DNA of 32,202 nucleotides from Spirochaetales bacterium (GTDB taxonomy: Bacteria > Spirochaetota > Spirochaetia > Treponematales > UBA12059): assembly GCA_016928955.1 (NCBI GenBank), contig JAFGJV010000046.1:1-32202 (forward strand), read 5' to 3'. The translations under genes and the position numbers were made by a program. Below, piece after piece: positions 1 to 10,000 of this stretch (positions are counted from its first letter, which is position 1; each line of letters opens with the position of its first letter). The notes under the pieces were generated by a model. It was given only the letters and a program-made list of their open reading frames with translations. It had not been told where the DNA came from and did no database searches.

Positions 1-38
1 CTTTTTGACTATGGATGCCTTGAAACCCTCAGAATATC

Positions 39-578
39 TCATGCAATTACGCCCTCCAAATGGCGTAATCTATCTTGACTGGATTTGAGCGTCGCCTGGT
101 CCATGGATGTCGTGAAGCAGACGAAGGGCTTCCGCGAGTAGCCGAGGACCATGACGAACGCGTAGAGCTTCGTATCCTTACCGTCGACGACTTGTTTGCC
201 GAATTCTTTCCAGTCGACCTGGGCCTGGAGCCCTGGCTCGGTCTCGAAGCGCTGTACCGCCGTAGCTTCGATGCGCCGACGCTCCTTCGCGACGAACTCC
301 TTCATGACGGTTTTCTTGCCGGCATAGCCCATGCCCGTGATGCGCTCGAAGATGAGTTCGCCGTTATGCGAGGGGTTCTTCTCCAGCTGGTCGAGGATGA
401 CCTGCTTGAACGGATCCAGCTTGCTCGGCCGCTTCGGGCGTTTCCTCGCCCGGGGCATCTGCTTCATGTAGTTCCGGACTGTGCGCTCGCAGACGCCGAG
501 TAGTTCGGCTATCTCGAGCTGCGTGTGTCCCTGCGCTTGAAGTAGTCGCGCTTCCAGCATACGATTCTCCCTGTCCAT
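39..578 (-). pseudogene. istA: IS21-family transposase IstA, truncated
   Basis: N-terminal HTH (EIAELLGVCERTVRNY), SKLDPFK, RFETEPGLQAQVDW and FVMVLGYSR motifs; similarity ends after SMDQATL, leaving only the first Asp of the DDE triad; 179 aa is far shorter than a full IstA. Confidence 0.88.
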
Positions 579-724
579 GGGGCTCTCTCCGTAGATGGGT
601 GTTGTGGTGACTCCATCATACAGAGGCTGAGCCCCATTCTTCTTCCCCTACGACGTAGGGTTATGGACAGGAAACCGGAAAATTCTCCCCGACCAATTCC
701 GGCAAATTATCACCGACTGTGACA
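87..724 (-). mobile_element. IS21-family insertion sequence remnant (left end plus 5' part of istA)
   Basis: Minus strand starts TGTCACAGTCGG at 724 (IS21-type TG terminus); two 19-bp subterminal repeats (675-693, 699-717; 16/19 identical, 24-bp period); followed by istA. No istB or right end; left boundary near 87 is approximate. Confidence 0.85.
675..717 (-). repeat. IS21 subterminal transposase-binding repeats
   Basis: CCGGAAAATTCTCCCCGAC (675-693) and CCGGCAAATTATCACCGAC (699-717) on the plus strand. Confidence 0.8.
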
Positions 725-920
725 TTACTTATGGGGCATCTTGAATGCAATCAGGTTGAAGGCTAGCAATGCTATGTTGGAGTCTATAAATTCTGGCATT
801 CAGAGAATTAAGCGAATGGCTTGTGGATTTAGGGATAGAAATCGCTTTCGAATGTCTATTTTATTCCATTCTGGAGGACTAGATTTTGGTTTTTAGTTCC
901 ACCCGAAACCCAGAAGGCCC
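725..920 (+). mobile_element. ISL3 remnant with probable right terminal repeat
   Basis: TCCACCCGAAACCCAGAAGGCCC follows the transposase stop; reverse complement begins GG(G)CCTTC, resembling ISL3 GG-starting ends. Confidence 0.6.
726..896 (+). pseudogene. ISL3-family transposase C-terminal fragment (not in the ORF track)
   Basis: Translates [56 protein letters not shown], matching the ISL3 SN-x3-E-x2-N-x2-I-x2-IKR-x-A-x-GFR signature; no start codon, abuts the IS21 end. Confidence 0.85.
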
Positions 921-931
921 ACACAAAATAC

Positions 932-959
932 TTGACATGACCGAGTTACCGTATATTGT
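932..959 (+). promoter_or_regulatory. Possible sigma70 promoter with no convincing downstream CDS
   Basis: TTGACA (932-937), 16 bp, TATTGT (954-959). Confidence 0.35.
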
Positions 960-1010
960 ATTGAAAAATCACTGAGCACAGATGAATCGTTCGTATGCCA
1001 AGCATGAATT

Positions 1011-1046
1011 GGGAGCCCCTAAAACGTTCTCGTTTTAGGGGCTCCC
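1011..1046. repeat. Perfect 16-bp inverted repeat (REP-like or IS-end-like palindrome; may also stop transcription)
   Basis: GGGAGCCCCTAAAACG-TTCT-CGTTTTAGGGGCTCCC; no U-tract on either strand. Confidence 0.8.
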
Positions 1047-1095
1047 GACGTATACGGGGTTTTGCTCCGGCGCCTAAGCGATGCTGGTCGATGTA

Positions 1096-2292
1096 TCACC
1101 AAAGCTTCAATGAGTCGACATGGACTGTTGTTGTTCCTCCCCAGCCGGTCCAGCCAGTGCCGACAAAAAAGATGGCAGGCAGGGGAATAGGGTGCATGGG
1201 AAGGTTTTCTGCAACGGGCACGCCGTCAATGAAAACGTCCATCATAAGCGTGGAAAGATCCATGCGCGCTTCAACGAGATACCAGTGATCTGCAACGCAC
1301 ATGACTCCGGTACCGGTACCGGTAGCGCAGTTAACGTATATCTCCGAGCCGGGATTGAGTACTACTGAGTCGTATTCGCGGCTCTCGTTGGATGCTACAC
1401 GCAGGAAGAAGCCTATGTGGGCACCGGCCTGGCTGCCTGCAGCCACGCGGACCGCCGCGCGCCACGTTAATTCTGGCAGGCCGGTTAGGGCAAAGGAAAC
1501 GCCGTCGGCGCGTACCCAGTTGGCCTGTCCCACCAGCATGAACGCCTTGTCGCCTTCATAAGCTTGAACAGCAGTTGCCTTTCCGACGCCCGCGCCCGAC
1601 CACAGGTTGTACCAGTCCCAGTTCGAGGGATACGCACCTTCGGCGTAACCGTCAAAATCGTCGTTTACGATGTAGGGTCGAGTCGTAACTTTGCCAATAT
1701 GGATGGCGGGCCGCAAAAGGTATTCGCCAGCTCCGGTGCGGTGTACAGAGCTGCCGGGATCAAAGTCGAGCCTGATCCGCGTGACTCCTACGGCCGCGAC
1801 AGTGAAGCCGCCAGTGAGCTTGACGCCGGTTTGCACGCCGCTCGGAACGCGAAGGGGGTAGGTTACGGTACCCTCTTCTGTATCCATGACCAGTTCATTG
1901 TCAGCGGCAAGGGTCAGGCGGATTTGGCCATATTCGCCGGGCGCCAGTTCTTCAAACCCGAGGGTGGTAGCGTCGTCGGAAAGCGTCACTAGGTCGACGA
2001 TCCGGCCAGCGTCGCCAAAATCGGCCACCTCTATCCATCCGGAGTCGACCTGGCATATTTCGACCTTTAGGACCTTCACCAACACTGCGCGTATGCCTTC
2101 GAGAGGGGCTTCTCCAGAGCCGTCAGTTTCCAGAACTGTCTTCATCCCTGCCGGTGCCATTCCCGTCAGGGCCACTTCCACTGCACCTCGCGGCGCCGCG
2201 TCCAAAGACGCGACGGGGTTCGGGCAGCCGACCATCGCGACCGCCGAAACCAGGACGGCCGCGAGGAACACATACCTCGCGGACCTTTTCAT
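1096..2292 (-). CDS. DUF4382-domain lipoprotein with beta-rich (lectin/ConA-like) C-terminal domain
   Basis: ATG at 2292 preceded by AAGGAGG; signal peptide MKRSARYVFLAAVLVSAVAMVG-C (lipobox); DUF4382-type motifs VDLVTL, PGEYGQIRL, LRVPSG..TGVKL, LDFD...SV, YLLRP; C-terminal DDFDGY...WYLVE...MDVFIDG...VDSLKLW. Confidence 0.8.
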   Translation of the reverse strand: MKRSARYVFLAAVLVSAVAMVGCPNPVASLDAAPRGAVEVALTGMAPAGMKTVLETDGSGEAPLEGIRAVLVKVLKVEICQVDSGWIEVADFGDAGRIVDLVTLSDDATTLGFEELAPGEYGQIRLTLAADNELVMDTEEGTVTYPLRVPSGVQTGVKLTGGFTVAAVGVTRIRLDFDPGSSVHRTGAGEYLLRPAIHIGKVTTRPYIVNDDFDGYAEGAYPSNWDWYNLWSGAGVGKATAVQAYEGDKAFMLVGQANWVRADGVSFALTGLPELTWRAAVRVAAGSQAGAHIGFFLRVASNESREYDSVVLNPGSEIYVNCATGTGTGVMCVADHWYLVEARMDLSTLMMDVFIDGVPVAENLPMHPIPLPAIFFVGTGWTGWGGTTTVHVDSLKLW

Positions 2293-2450
2293 GAAGCGCT
2301 GCCTCCTTACGAGCAAGAGATCAATGTGTAGAATGGGACAATAGGGGACGTGCAGATCGAGCGCCTTAAAACGGGTCCGGCTACGAATGCGGGCGCATTC
2401 CTCAACCCAATTGGCTCTTCCTACTTTTGCCGGTAGACCGGTATGTAGCG

Positions 2451-2479
2451 AGCATACTTCCGCAGCTTCTGATTGTCAA
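2451..2479 (-). promoter_or_regulatory. Sigma70 promoter of the DUF4382 gene
   Basis: Minus strand TTGACA (2479-2474), 17 bp, TATGCT (2456-2451); implies a leader of about 150 nt. Confidence 0.7.
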
Positions 2480-2488
2480 ATATGTACA

Positions 2489-2525
2489 GGGGGCCGCTAA
2501 AAACTTGAGGTTTTGAGGGTTGCCT
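2489..2525. repeat. Degenerate copy of the 1011-1046 palindrome
   Basis: GGGGGCCGCTAAAAAC-TTGAG-GTTTTGAGGGTTGCCT; left arm matches 12 of the first 14 bases of GGGAGCCCCTAAAA. Confidence 0.55.
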
Positions 2526-2676
2526 TAGAAAACCGAGCGGGTTTGGCCGAAAACGCAGGGAACATCTACCATCGCCAAGGCATTTCCGTTTTCTCCCATA
2601 TGGTGTATGCTACAGGCATCTTCAAAACGCAATGGTGTGGTTTCTGCCACGTCTGGGAAAAAGCGAGGGGCAAAGT

Positions 2677-3333
2677 ATGGAAGTCAAGACCGCGCTGGTG
2701 AAATATGTGTTCCTGGATATCGTGAGCTATTCGATAGACCGTACGGTCGAGGCCCAGGTTGAGATCATAGGGGTGCTCAACCGTCTGGTCCTCAAGGCCG
2801 TGTCAGGCTACAAGATCAGCGCAAAGAACGTGATTTACCTGCCGAACGGCGATGGTATATGCATATGCCTGATCAACACCATCGACCCGTACGACCTCCA
2901 CATACGCATAGCCATAGACATCATGACCTTGCTCAAGGAGCACAACGAGCGCGAGGAGGATCCCAAGCGCCAGTTCAAGCTGCGCATCGGCATCAACGAG
3001 AACCACGATTGCCTGATCGTCGACATTAATGGAAGAAACAATGTGGCCGGAGCGGGCATAAACATGGCCCAGCGCATCATGAACATGGCCGACGGCAACC
3101 AGATCATGGTCGGCCAGTCCGTCTATGAGAAGATCGTCCAACGCGAGCCGTATTTCGGGAAATTCCGACCTGTGGTCAAGGAAATCAAGCACGGAATCAC
3201 GCTGAAAAGCTACCATTTCACCAATTACGAGGTTGGAAGGGGCGTGTTCAAGCTGGCCAGCCTGTACGGCAAACTTAAAAGCGCCTTGACGCGCGGCGCC
3301 AAAAAGAAGCCCGCCGACAAGGACATCGACTAG
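2677..3333 (+). CDS. Stand-alone class III adenylate/guanylate cyclase-family protein
   Basis: ATG 2677 after GAGGGG; motifs VFLDIVSYS, NGDG, LRIGIN, GAGINMAQRIM, GNQIMVGQSVY. Confidence 0.85.
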   Translation: MEVKTALVKYVFLDIVSYSIDRTVEAQVEIIGVLNRLVLKAVSGYKISAKNVIYLPNGDGICICLINTIDPYDLHIRIAIDIMTLLKEHNEREEDPKRQFKLRIGINENHDCLIVDINGRNNVAGAGINMAQRIMNMADGNQIMVGQSVYEKIVQREPYFGKFRPVVKEIKHGITLKSYHFTNYEVGRGVFKLASLYGKLKSALTRGAKKKPADKDID

Positions 3334-4088
3334 CGCCAGACGGTCTCGGCCGCGGCCCTGACGCCGCCGTTCCCGCTCAGTAGGCACGCATGTCGTACGG
3401 CGTCCCCTTCGGGCTTGGGCATGGGGGCAGTCATGGCGACGATATCCTCGCCCAGGAGCACTTCCTGCCTGAACTCAGCCCTGAGCCCGGCCAGTTCGCC
3501 GCGGCCCCGGGAGTTCGGCGGGCTCGCGTCGCACAGCCACGCCAGTAAATGGGCGTTGTTCACGTGGCCGTTGTGGTCTATATGCCGAGGCGCTGCCCGT
3601 TCGGTGAAGGACGGGCTGAACTCGTCCTCGGCGGGGAACCCGTCCAGGGTAAAGCGGGCGTCCGGCAAGGCGCGCGGCCGCGACACGGCAAGGTCTGTGC
3701 CCACGGCGTTCTGGGCGCGCAGGGGGCGGCGCGCCGCTATGTCCACCACCAGATAGGCGTACGAGGCCACAACGATGGGCTGACCTTCGTCGCCCTCAAC
3801 CTCAAAGTCGCGGACCGCGAACAGGCGCTCAAAACCGGCTGGCCAGGTGCGGACCAGGATGGTTTCACCCTCTCGGGGCTGCCTGAGCACCCTGATGTCC
3901 AGGCGGGAGAGCATCCAGGTGCGTCCTTGGGCTGACATGTCGTCGGCGCCAACGCCCAGGCGCATGGCGTGGACGCTGGCCGCCTCCTGGAGCATGTCCG
4001 CAAGGGCGAGCGGACGCAGGGGGCCGCCGTAACCGCAGTCAAAACCTCTGACGGTGAAGCTGAGCTGTAATGGCTGGATATCGGTCAT
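3330..4088 (-). CDS. Acyl-ACP thioesterase (double hot-dog fold)
   Basis: ATG at 4088 preceded by GGAGGG; motifs [52 protein letters not shown]; stop overlaps the convergent cyclase stop. Confidence 0.9.
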   Translation of the reverse strand: MTDIQPLQLSFTVRGFDCGYGGPLRPLALADMLQEAASVHAMRLGVGADDMSAQGRTWMLSRLDIRVLRQPREGETILVRTWPAGFERLFAVRDFEVEGDEGQPIVVASYAYLVVDIAARRPLRAQNAVGTDLAVSRPRALPDARFTLDGFPAEDEFSPSFTERAAPRHIDHNGHVNNAHLLAWLCDASPPNSRGRGELAGLRAEFRQEVLLGEDIVAMTAPMPKPEGDAVRHACLLSGNGGVRAAAETVWR

Positions 4089-4151
4089 GACGCGTCCCTC
4101 CGGCACCATGGTACCACGGCCGGGCGGCAAGGGGAAAGGCTCCCGGGGAGC

Positions 4152-4181
4152 TTGCCTGGGGGCGGGTCTGGGCGGTATTCT
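4152..4181 (+). promoter_or_regulatory. Putative uvrA promoter, near-leaderless
   Basis: TTGCCT, 18 bp, TATTCT, 10 nt before ATG 4192; no Shine-Dalgarno. Confidence 0.5.
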
Positions 4182-4191
4182 AACAGCTACT

Positions 4192-7011
4192 ATGGACAAG
4201 CTGATCGTCAAGGGTGCCAGGGAGCACAACCTCAAGAACATAGATGTAGAGCTACCGAGGGACCGCCTCATCGTCGTGTCCGGGCTGTCGGGTTCGGGCA
4301 AGAGCTCCCTGGCCTTTGACACGATCTTTGCCGAGGGCCAGCGTCGCTACGTGGAGTCCCTATCGGCATATGCGCGCCAGTTCCTCGGCCAGATGAAAAA
4401 GCCAGATGTCGACTATATCGAAGGGCTGTCGCCGGCCATATCCATAGAGCAGAAGACAACGCACCGCAACCCGCGCTCGACCGTGGGCACGGTGACCGAG
4501 ATATACGACTATTATCGCCTCCTGTTCGCGCGCATAGGCACGCCGCACTGCCCGTCCTGCGGCAGGGAAATCCGCGAGCAGGGCATAGACCAGGTCCTGG
4601 ACACCATCATGTCCTGGAAGCCGGGAGCCAAGCTTCAGGTCCTGGCACCCGTGGTCAGCGGCAAGAAGGGCGAGCACCAGAAAATCCTGGAAGACGCCCG
4701 CAAGCAGGGCTTCCAGCGGGCTCGGGTGAACGGCGAGATGCGGTCGCTGGAGGACGATATCGTTCTCGAGAAGCAGAAAAAGCACTCCATAGACGTGGTG
4801 GTGGACAGGATCAAGTTGAGCGAGGATTCCCGCAGGCGCCTGGCCGACGCGGTCGAGACGGCCATGAGCGTGGCCGACGGCCTGGCCGTGGTCCTGCGCG
4901 ACGAGGGCGCGGGCGAGACCGAGGAGTTCTTTAGCCAGCGCGGTGCCTGCCCCACCTGCGGCATCAGCCTGCCGGAGCTGGAGCCGAGACTGTTCAGCTT
5001 CAACACCCCGCACGGCGCCTGCCCCGCATGCACGGGGCTTGGCGTCAACCTGGAGTTCGACCCGGACTTGGTGATACCGGACAGGTCGCTTTCCTTCAAC
5101 GAGGGCGGCTGTATTCCCTATAATCCTGACGCGGCGTGGTACCGCTCTCGCTTTGACGCCCTGGCCCGCCATTACCGCTTCAGTTTGGACACGCCGTTTG
5201 GCGAGCTACCCAAGAAGGTTATGAAGGTCATCCTGTACGGTGGCGACGAGGCCATCCGCGTGCGCTACGACAACGCCAAGGGCACGGGGCACTTCGAGTA
5301 CGAGTCGGCCTTCCCCGGAATCCTGGCCGAGCTCAAGCGCCGCTATATGGAAACGACCAGCGACGGTATCAAGGACTGGCTCGAGAAATTCATGAGCGAG
5401 AAGCCCTGTGAGGCCTGCGGCGGCAAGCGGCTCCGGCCCGAGGCCCTGGCGGTCACGGTTGGGGGCGTCAATATCCACGACCTGTCGTCCAGGTCAGTGG
5501 AGGATTCCATACACTTCTTTGATAGCTTGGAGCTGACCGACACGCAGAGGCAGATATCCAAGCAGATCCTCAAGGAAATCACCGCGCGTTTGTCCTTTCT
5601 CAAGAACGTGGGCCTTGAGTACCTGACGCTGGAGCGCAAGGCGGGCACCCTGTCCGGCGGCGAGGCCCAGCGCATACGGCTGGCCACGCAGATAGGCTCA
5701 AGCCTGGTCGGGGTGCTGTACATCCTGGACGAGCCGTCCATAGGCCTTCACCAGCGAGACAACCAGCGGCTGATAGACACGCTTTTATACCTGCGCGACC
5801 TGGGAAACACGCTGATCGTGGTCGAGCACGACGAGCAGACGCTCCGTACCGCCGACTACATCGTGGACCTGGGACCGGGCGCCGGCGTCCACGGAGGCCA
5901 TGTAGTGGCCGCGGGCACGCCGGAACAGGTGATGAAGAACCGCAAGAGCGTGACGGGCCGCTACCTGTCCGGCGACCTGGCCATAGACGTGCCCTACGAG
6001 CGCAGGCCGGGCAACGGCAAAAGCATCACCATACGCGGTTGCCGAGAGCACAACCTCAAGAATGTGGACGTTACCATCAACCTGGGCGGCTTTACCTGCA
6101 TCACGGGGGTGTCTGGCTCGGGCAAGAGCACCCTGCTCACGGACCTCCTGTACCCGGTGATATCCAACCGAGTGATGGGGACCAACTGGCGGGAGGGCGA
6201 CTACGATTCCATCGATGGCCTGGACGCCATAGACAAGATCATCAACATAGACCAGAGTCCCATAGGCAGGACGCCCAGGTCCAACCCGGCCACCTACGTG
6301 GGCGTGTTCACGCCCATACGCGAGCTGTTTGCCGGCCTTCCCGAGTCCAAGGCACGCGGCTACCGTTCCGGCCGCTTCAGCTTCAACGTGCGCGGTGGCC
6401 GCTGCGAGCAATGCCAGGGCGACGGCACCATCAAGATAGAGATGCAGTTCCTGCCGGACGTGTTCATCACCTGCGACGCTTGCCACGGCAAGCGCTTCAA
6501 CAACGAGACCTTGGACGTGCGCTGGAAGGGCAAGAACATAGCCGACGTGCTGGACATGACCATAGAGGAAGCGGCCGAGTTTTTTGCAAAGGTGCCGCAG
6601 ATAGCCCACCGCATGAACACGCTCCTATCCGTGGGCCTCGGCTACATCAAGCTGGGCCAGTCAGCCCTGACGCTGTCCGGCGGCGAGGCGCAGCGCGTCA
6701 AGCTGGCCTACGAGCTATCCAAGCGGGCCACCGGCCGTACCCTGTACTTCATGGACGAGCCGACTACGGGCCTCCACTTTGCGGACGTCAAGCAGCTGAT
6801 GGAAACCATCCACCGGCTGGTGGACACGGGCAACTCGGTGGTCATGATCGAGCACAACCTGGACGTGATCAAGCAGGCCGACTGGATCGTGGACCTGGGC
6901 CCGGAGGGCGGCCATCGGGGAGGGACCATCGTGGCCCAGGGTCGCCCGGAAAAAATCGTCAAGGTCAAGGGATCCTGGACGGGTTCCTTCCTTAAGAACA
7001 TGATTGGATAG
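4192..7011 (+). CDS. uvrA: Excinuclease ABC subunit A
   Basis: Begins [16 protein letters not shown]; two Walker A motifs ([16 protein letters not shown]), two LSGGEAQR signatures, CxxC zinc-finger pairs. Confidence 0.98.
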   Translation: MDKLIVKGAREHNLKNIDVELPRDRLIVVSGLSGSGKSSLAFDTIFAEGQRRYVESLSAYARQFLGQMKKPDVDYIEGLSPAISIEQKTTHRNPRSTVGTVTEIYDYYRLLFARIGTPHCPSCGREIREQGIDQVLDTIMSWKPGAKLQVLAPVVSGKKGEHQKILEDARKQGFQRARVNGEMRSLEDDIVLEKQKKHSIDVVVDRIKLSEDSRRRLADAVETAMSVADGLAVVLRDEGAGETEEFFSQRGACPTCGISLPELEPRLFSFNTPHGACPACTGLGVNLEFDPDLVIPDRSLSFNEGGCIPYNPDAAWYRSRFDALARHYRFSLDTPFGELPKKVMKVILYGGDEAIRVRYDNAKGTGHFEYESAFPGILAELKRRYMETTSDGIKDWLEKFMSEKPCEACGGKRLRPEALAVTVGGVNIHDLSSRSVEDSIHFFDSLELTDTQRQISKQILKEITARLSFLKNVGLEYLTLERKAGTLSGGEAQRIRLATQIGSSLVGVLYILDEPSIGLHQRDNQRLIDTLLYLRDLGNTLIVVEHDEQTLRTADYIVDLGPGAGVHGGHVVAAGTPEQVMKNRKSVTGRYLSGDLAIDVPYERRPGNGKSITIRGCREHNLKNVDVTINLGGFTCITGVSGSGKSTLLTDLLYPVISNRVMGTNWREGDYDSIDGLDAIDKIINIDQSPIGRTPRSNPATYVGVFTPIRELFAGLPESKARGYRSGRFSFNVRGGRCEQCQGDGTIKIEMQFLPDVFITCDACHGKRFNNETLDVRWKGKNIADVLDMTIEEAAEFFAKVPQIAHRMNTLLSVGLGYIKLGQSALTLSGGEAQRVKLAYELSKRATGRTLYFMDEPTTGLHFADVKQLMETIHRLVDTGNSVVMIEHNLDVIKQADWIVDLGPEGGHRGGTIVAQGRPEKIVKVKGSWTGSFLKNMIG

Positions 7012-7019
7012 TCATGCGG

Positions 7020-7048
7020 TTGCCGTGTGGCGTGCTTCCGGTTATCAT
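7020..7048 (+). promoter_or_regulatory. Putative internal promoter for the LptD-like gene, near-leaderless
   Basis: TTGCCG (7020-7025), 17 bp, TATCAT (7043-7048), 9 nt before ATG 7058; no SD. Confidence 0.5.
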
Positions 7049-7057
7049 CGTGGTCGT

Positions 7058-10000
7058 ATGAAGAGAGCCGCCCTCGCAGCTGCAGTTTTCATCCTCATGG
7101 CGGGCGCGTTCGTCCACTCCCAGGATGTCCCCGCCCAGCCTCCGCCGGAGGCCGCACCCGCGGAAACCGGACAGCCGGACGCCGGGGACGCGGCTGCGGA
7201 GGACCTGGTTCTCAAAACCCTGCCCCTGGACATAGCCAGCGCGTCCTACTACTCGCTGGTGGCCTGGGCGCGCGAGCTGGGCTTGCCGGAGACTGGCAGC
7301 GCGGACGAACTGCGCGGGCGCCTGTACCAGCACTACGGCGTCAATAAGCCGGAAAGCGCGGCGGCGGGCGGACGCACCATCGTCATAGAGTCGGCGGACA
7401 AGACCAGCTACGTGTCCGCGGCCTCGGGCGGCGAGGCCCTGGTCGAGCTCACCGGGGGCGTGACCCTGGTGGTCAACGACGACGCCGAGGGCGTGACCAT
7501 ACGCCTGTCCGCTGACCGTATCGTCCTCAACCAGGACGCAGGCATCCTGTCCGCCCGTGGCAACGTTATGTTCGAGCGCGAGCGCTCTGGCGGCACGGAC
7601 TACTTTATGGGCGAGCTTCTGGACCTGGACCTGGACGACCAGAGCGGTCTCTTCCTGGACGGGGTGAGCGAGCGCGGCTCCGACGAAGAGCGCATGTCCT
7701 TCCGCGCGGACGACATAGAGAGCAAGGGCAGCAACGTCCTGGTATTCTCAGACGGCGTGATCAGCTCCTGTAACGACGAGCACCCGCATTATTCCATCCG
7801 GGCTTCCAAGATATGGATACTCGGGGGCAACGAGTGGGCCATAGCCAACGCGACGCTGTCCGTTGGCGAGGTTCCCGTGCTCTATCTGCCATTTTTCTAC
7901 TATCCCGGAGAGGAAATCGTCTTTCATCCGGTGTTCGGCTACGACCCGCGTACGGGCCGCTACATACAGACAACCACCTACCTGGTGGGAGACAAGCCGG
8001 CCAAGGAGGAATCCATCAGCCTGTTCAAGCTGACGGATGGCGGCCAGGGTTACGAGCGCGAGGTCGAGGGGGTGTTCCTGCGCACCACTCAGGCCAAGAA
8101 AGGCTCGTCATCGAGCGATTTTGTCAAGGTATTTGCCGACCTGTACACGGGGCTTGGGGCGTTCGCCGGGGCCGAGGCAAAATACGGCGAGCTTGGCCCC
8201 TTCCGGCCGCTGTCGGCCTCGCTGGGCCTGGGCTTTTCCAGGACGCTCTTTCCCCTGGCCGGCGGCACCTACACGCCCTTTGTGTCCGACTTTGACTATG
8301 AGAGCGTGTGGAATTCCCCCTCCGTGCTCGGAGCGGACCTGCCCCTGCGTTTCGGGCTCGAGCTGACAGCACGGACGACCCTTGGGCCGGTGGGCCTGAG
8401 CTTTTCCCTGCCGTTCTACACGGATCCGTATTTTGACGTGGACTTCAAGGCACGGTCCGAGGACATGGACTGGCTGGATTTCTTGGGCAGCGACGACGGG
8501 TCCGAGGCCGCCCCCGCGCGCAGGGGCTCTTTTGTTGACCGGCTGGACATACAGCTGTCGGTGCCGGCCGCGTCGCTCCCGTCCTGGCTGTCTACGGTCA
8601 GCCTGCAGCGCCTGTCGTCCAGCCTGAACTGGCTGTCAAAGACAAAATCGCCCCTGCCCGCGCTTGAGGCGTACGATCCGGAGCGCGAGTTCTTCTACCC
8701 CGACCAGTTCACCTACGTGGATACGGGCATACAGCTGGGCGGCACGGTCTTTTCCTATCCCCGGGCCGAATCCAGGCAAGGAGGGCGGGACGACACGGGC
8801 CTGGGCGACGCGCTCGCGCCTGAGCCCGTCCAGCCCTGGGTCCTGGACGCCGCCGAGACACCTGAGAAGCTCCCGGCCACCGAAGGGCCCGGCTTGCCGG
8901 GCTTCACGCCGCCGGGATTGGCCATGGTCGACGGGGCCAGGGATCCACAGGCGTTTACCTCGTCCCTCACCTGGAGCCTCGGTCCCCAGGCCAAGTGGGA
9001 CCGGCGCTTCAAGTCGTCGGACTGGCTCCTGCCGGAGGACGTGGACCTGGCGCCCCTGTACGAGCTTGTGACCGCGCGCGTGTCCGGGGCCCTGAACCTG
9101 AGCGCGGACGTATACGGCGGCCTGGCCGGGGGCAAGCTCAGCCTGTCCGGCTCGTCGTCGTTCCAGGAACGGCCCGTGGCGGATACGGCCGACGCAACCC
9201 TGCTGGACGCCTGGGCCGTGCAGGACGCCCAGGCCCGGGCCGACAAGCTGTCGGGGTCCCTGTCACTGAGGGCGTCGCCCTTCATATCGTCGTGGCTATG
9301 GTCGGCCACCAGCCTGCGCTACGCGCTGGACGGTGTCCTGTACGAGTATGCGTACACGGGCATGAACGCCGGGGAGCCCGAGTACGAAACCAGGCTGGCG
9401 TCGTGGTCGCCCGACTCCATAAAGGCGCACAATCTGGGCTTTACCCTGGGCATCAAGCCGCTTGGCCTGGCCCAGACCCTGACCCTGAGCGCCAACCTGC
9501 CGCCCCTGGCGGAAACCTATTCGGGCGCCCTGGCCCTGAACGCCGGATTCGGGTCGCTGTCCGTGGCCACAAGCTACGCGCGGCCCACCACGGCGGCATC
9601 GTTCGCGTGGAAACCTCTCACTGCCCGGCTGACCCTGGGCATGGCTCCCCGGCCGGTCCTGTCCGGCAACCTCACCTGGGACCTGGAGCAGGGTTGGCCA
9701 AGCTCGCTCGGCGCCAAGTTTTCCTGGGACAGTTTCAACACGGACCTGGTTTTCAAGCGGGCCATAGCCTACGAGTTCGTGCCGCTGGACGGCTGGGTTG
9801 CAGTCGGCGCCGAGGATTTCCGTCCATCGGAGCTGAGCATGAGTTACAGCAAGACCTGGAACCCGGATCCGGTCTGGAAGAACCGCGTCGCCCTGTCGTT
9901 AAGCCTGTCGGCCAGCGCCAGGCAGAGTTTCCTCCGTTTTTCGGACTCGTCCATGAACGTGTCGGCCACGCTTACCTTCAAGATACACGAGTTCCTGGAC

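Noticed and set aside
1011..1046. CRISPR repeat or integron attC site (GTTTTAG-containing palindrome)
   Set aside because: No spaced array, cas genes or integrase; no extrahelical bases or RYYYAAC/GTTRRRY arrangement of an attC.
995..1288. 97-aa plus-strand ORF after the orphan promoter
   Set aside because: No SD, runs through the palindrome and antisense into the lipoprotein gene; no recognisable motif.
1307..1325. CCGGTA tandem palindromic repeat
   Set aside because: Encodes TGTGTG in the lipoprotein; unit length 6 cannot shift frame.
2677..3333. Pycsar/CBASS anti-phage system
   Set aside because: No adjacent TM or TIR/cNMP-binding effector gene; the cyclase is monocistronic and converges on a housekeeping gene.
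4054..4191. N-terminal extensions of uvrA (from 4054) and of the thioesterase (from 4322)
   Set aside because: They overlap each other on opposite strands; family similarity begins at MDKLIVKG (4192) and MTDIQ (4088, with SD).
4089..4191. LexA box at uvrA
   Set aside because: No CTGT-N8-ACAG or GAAC-N4-GTTC pattern visible.
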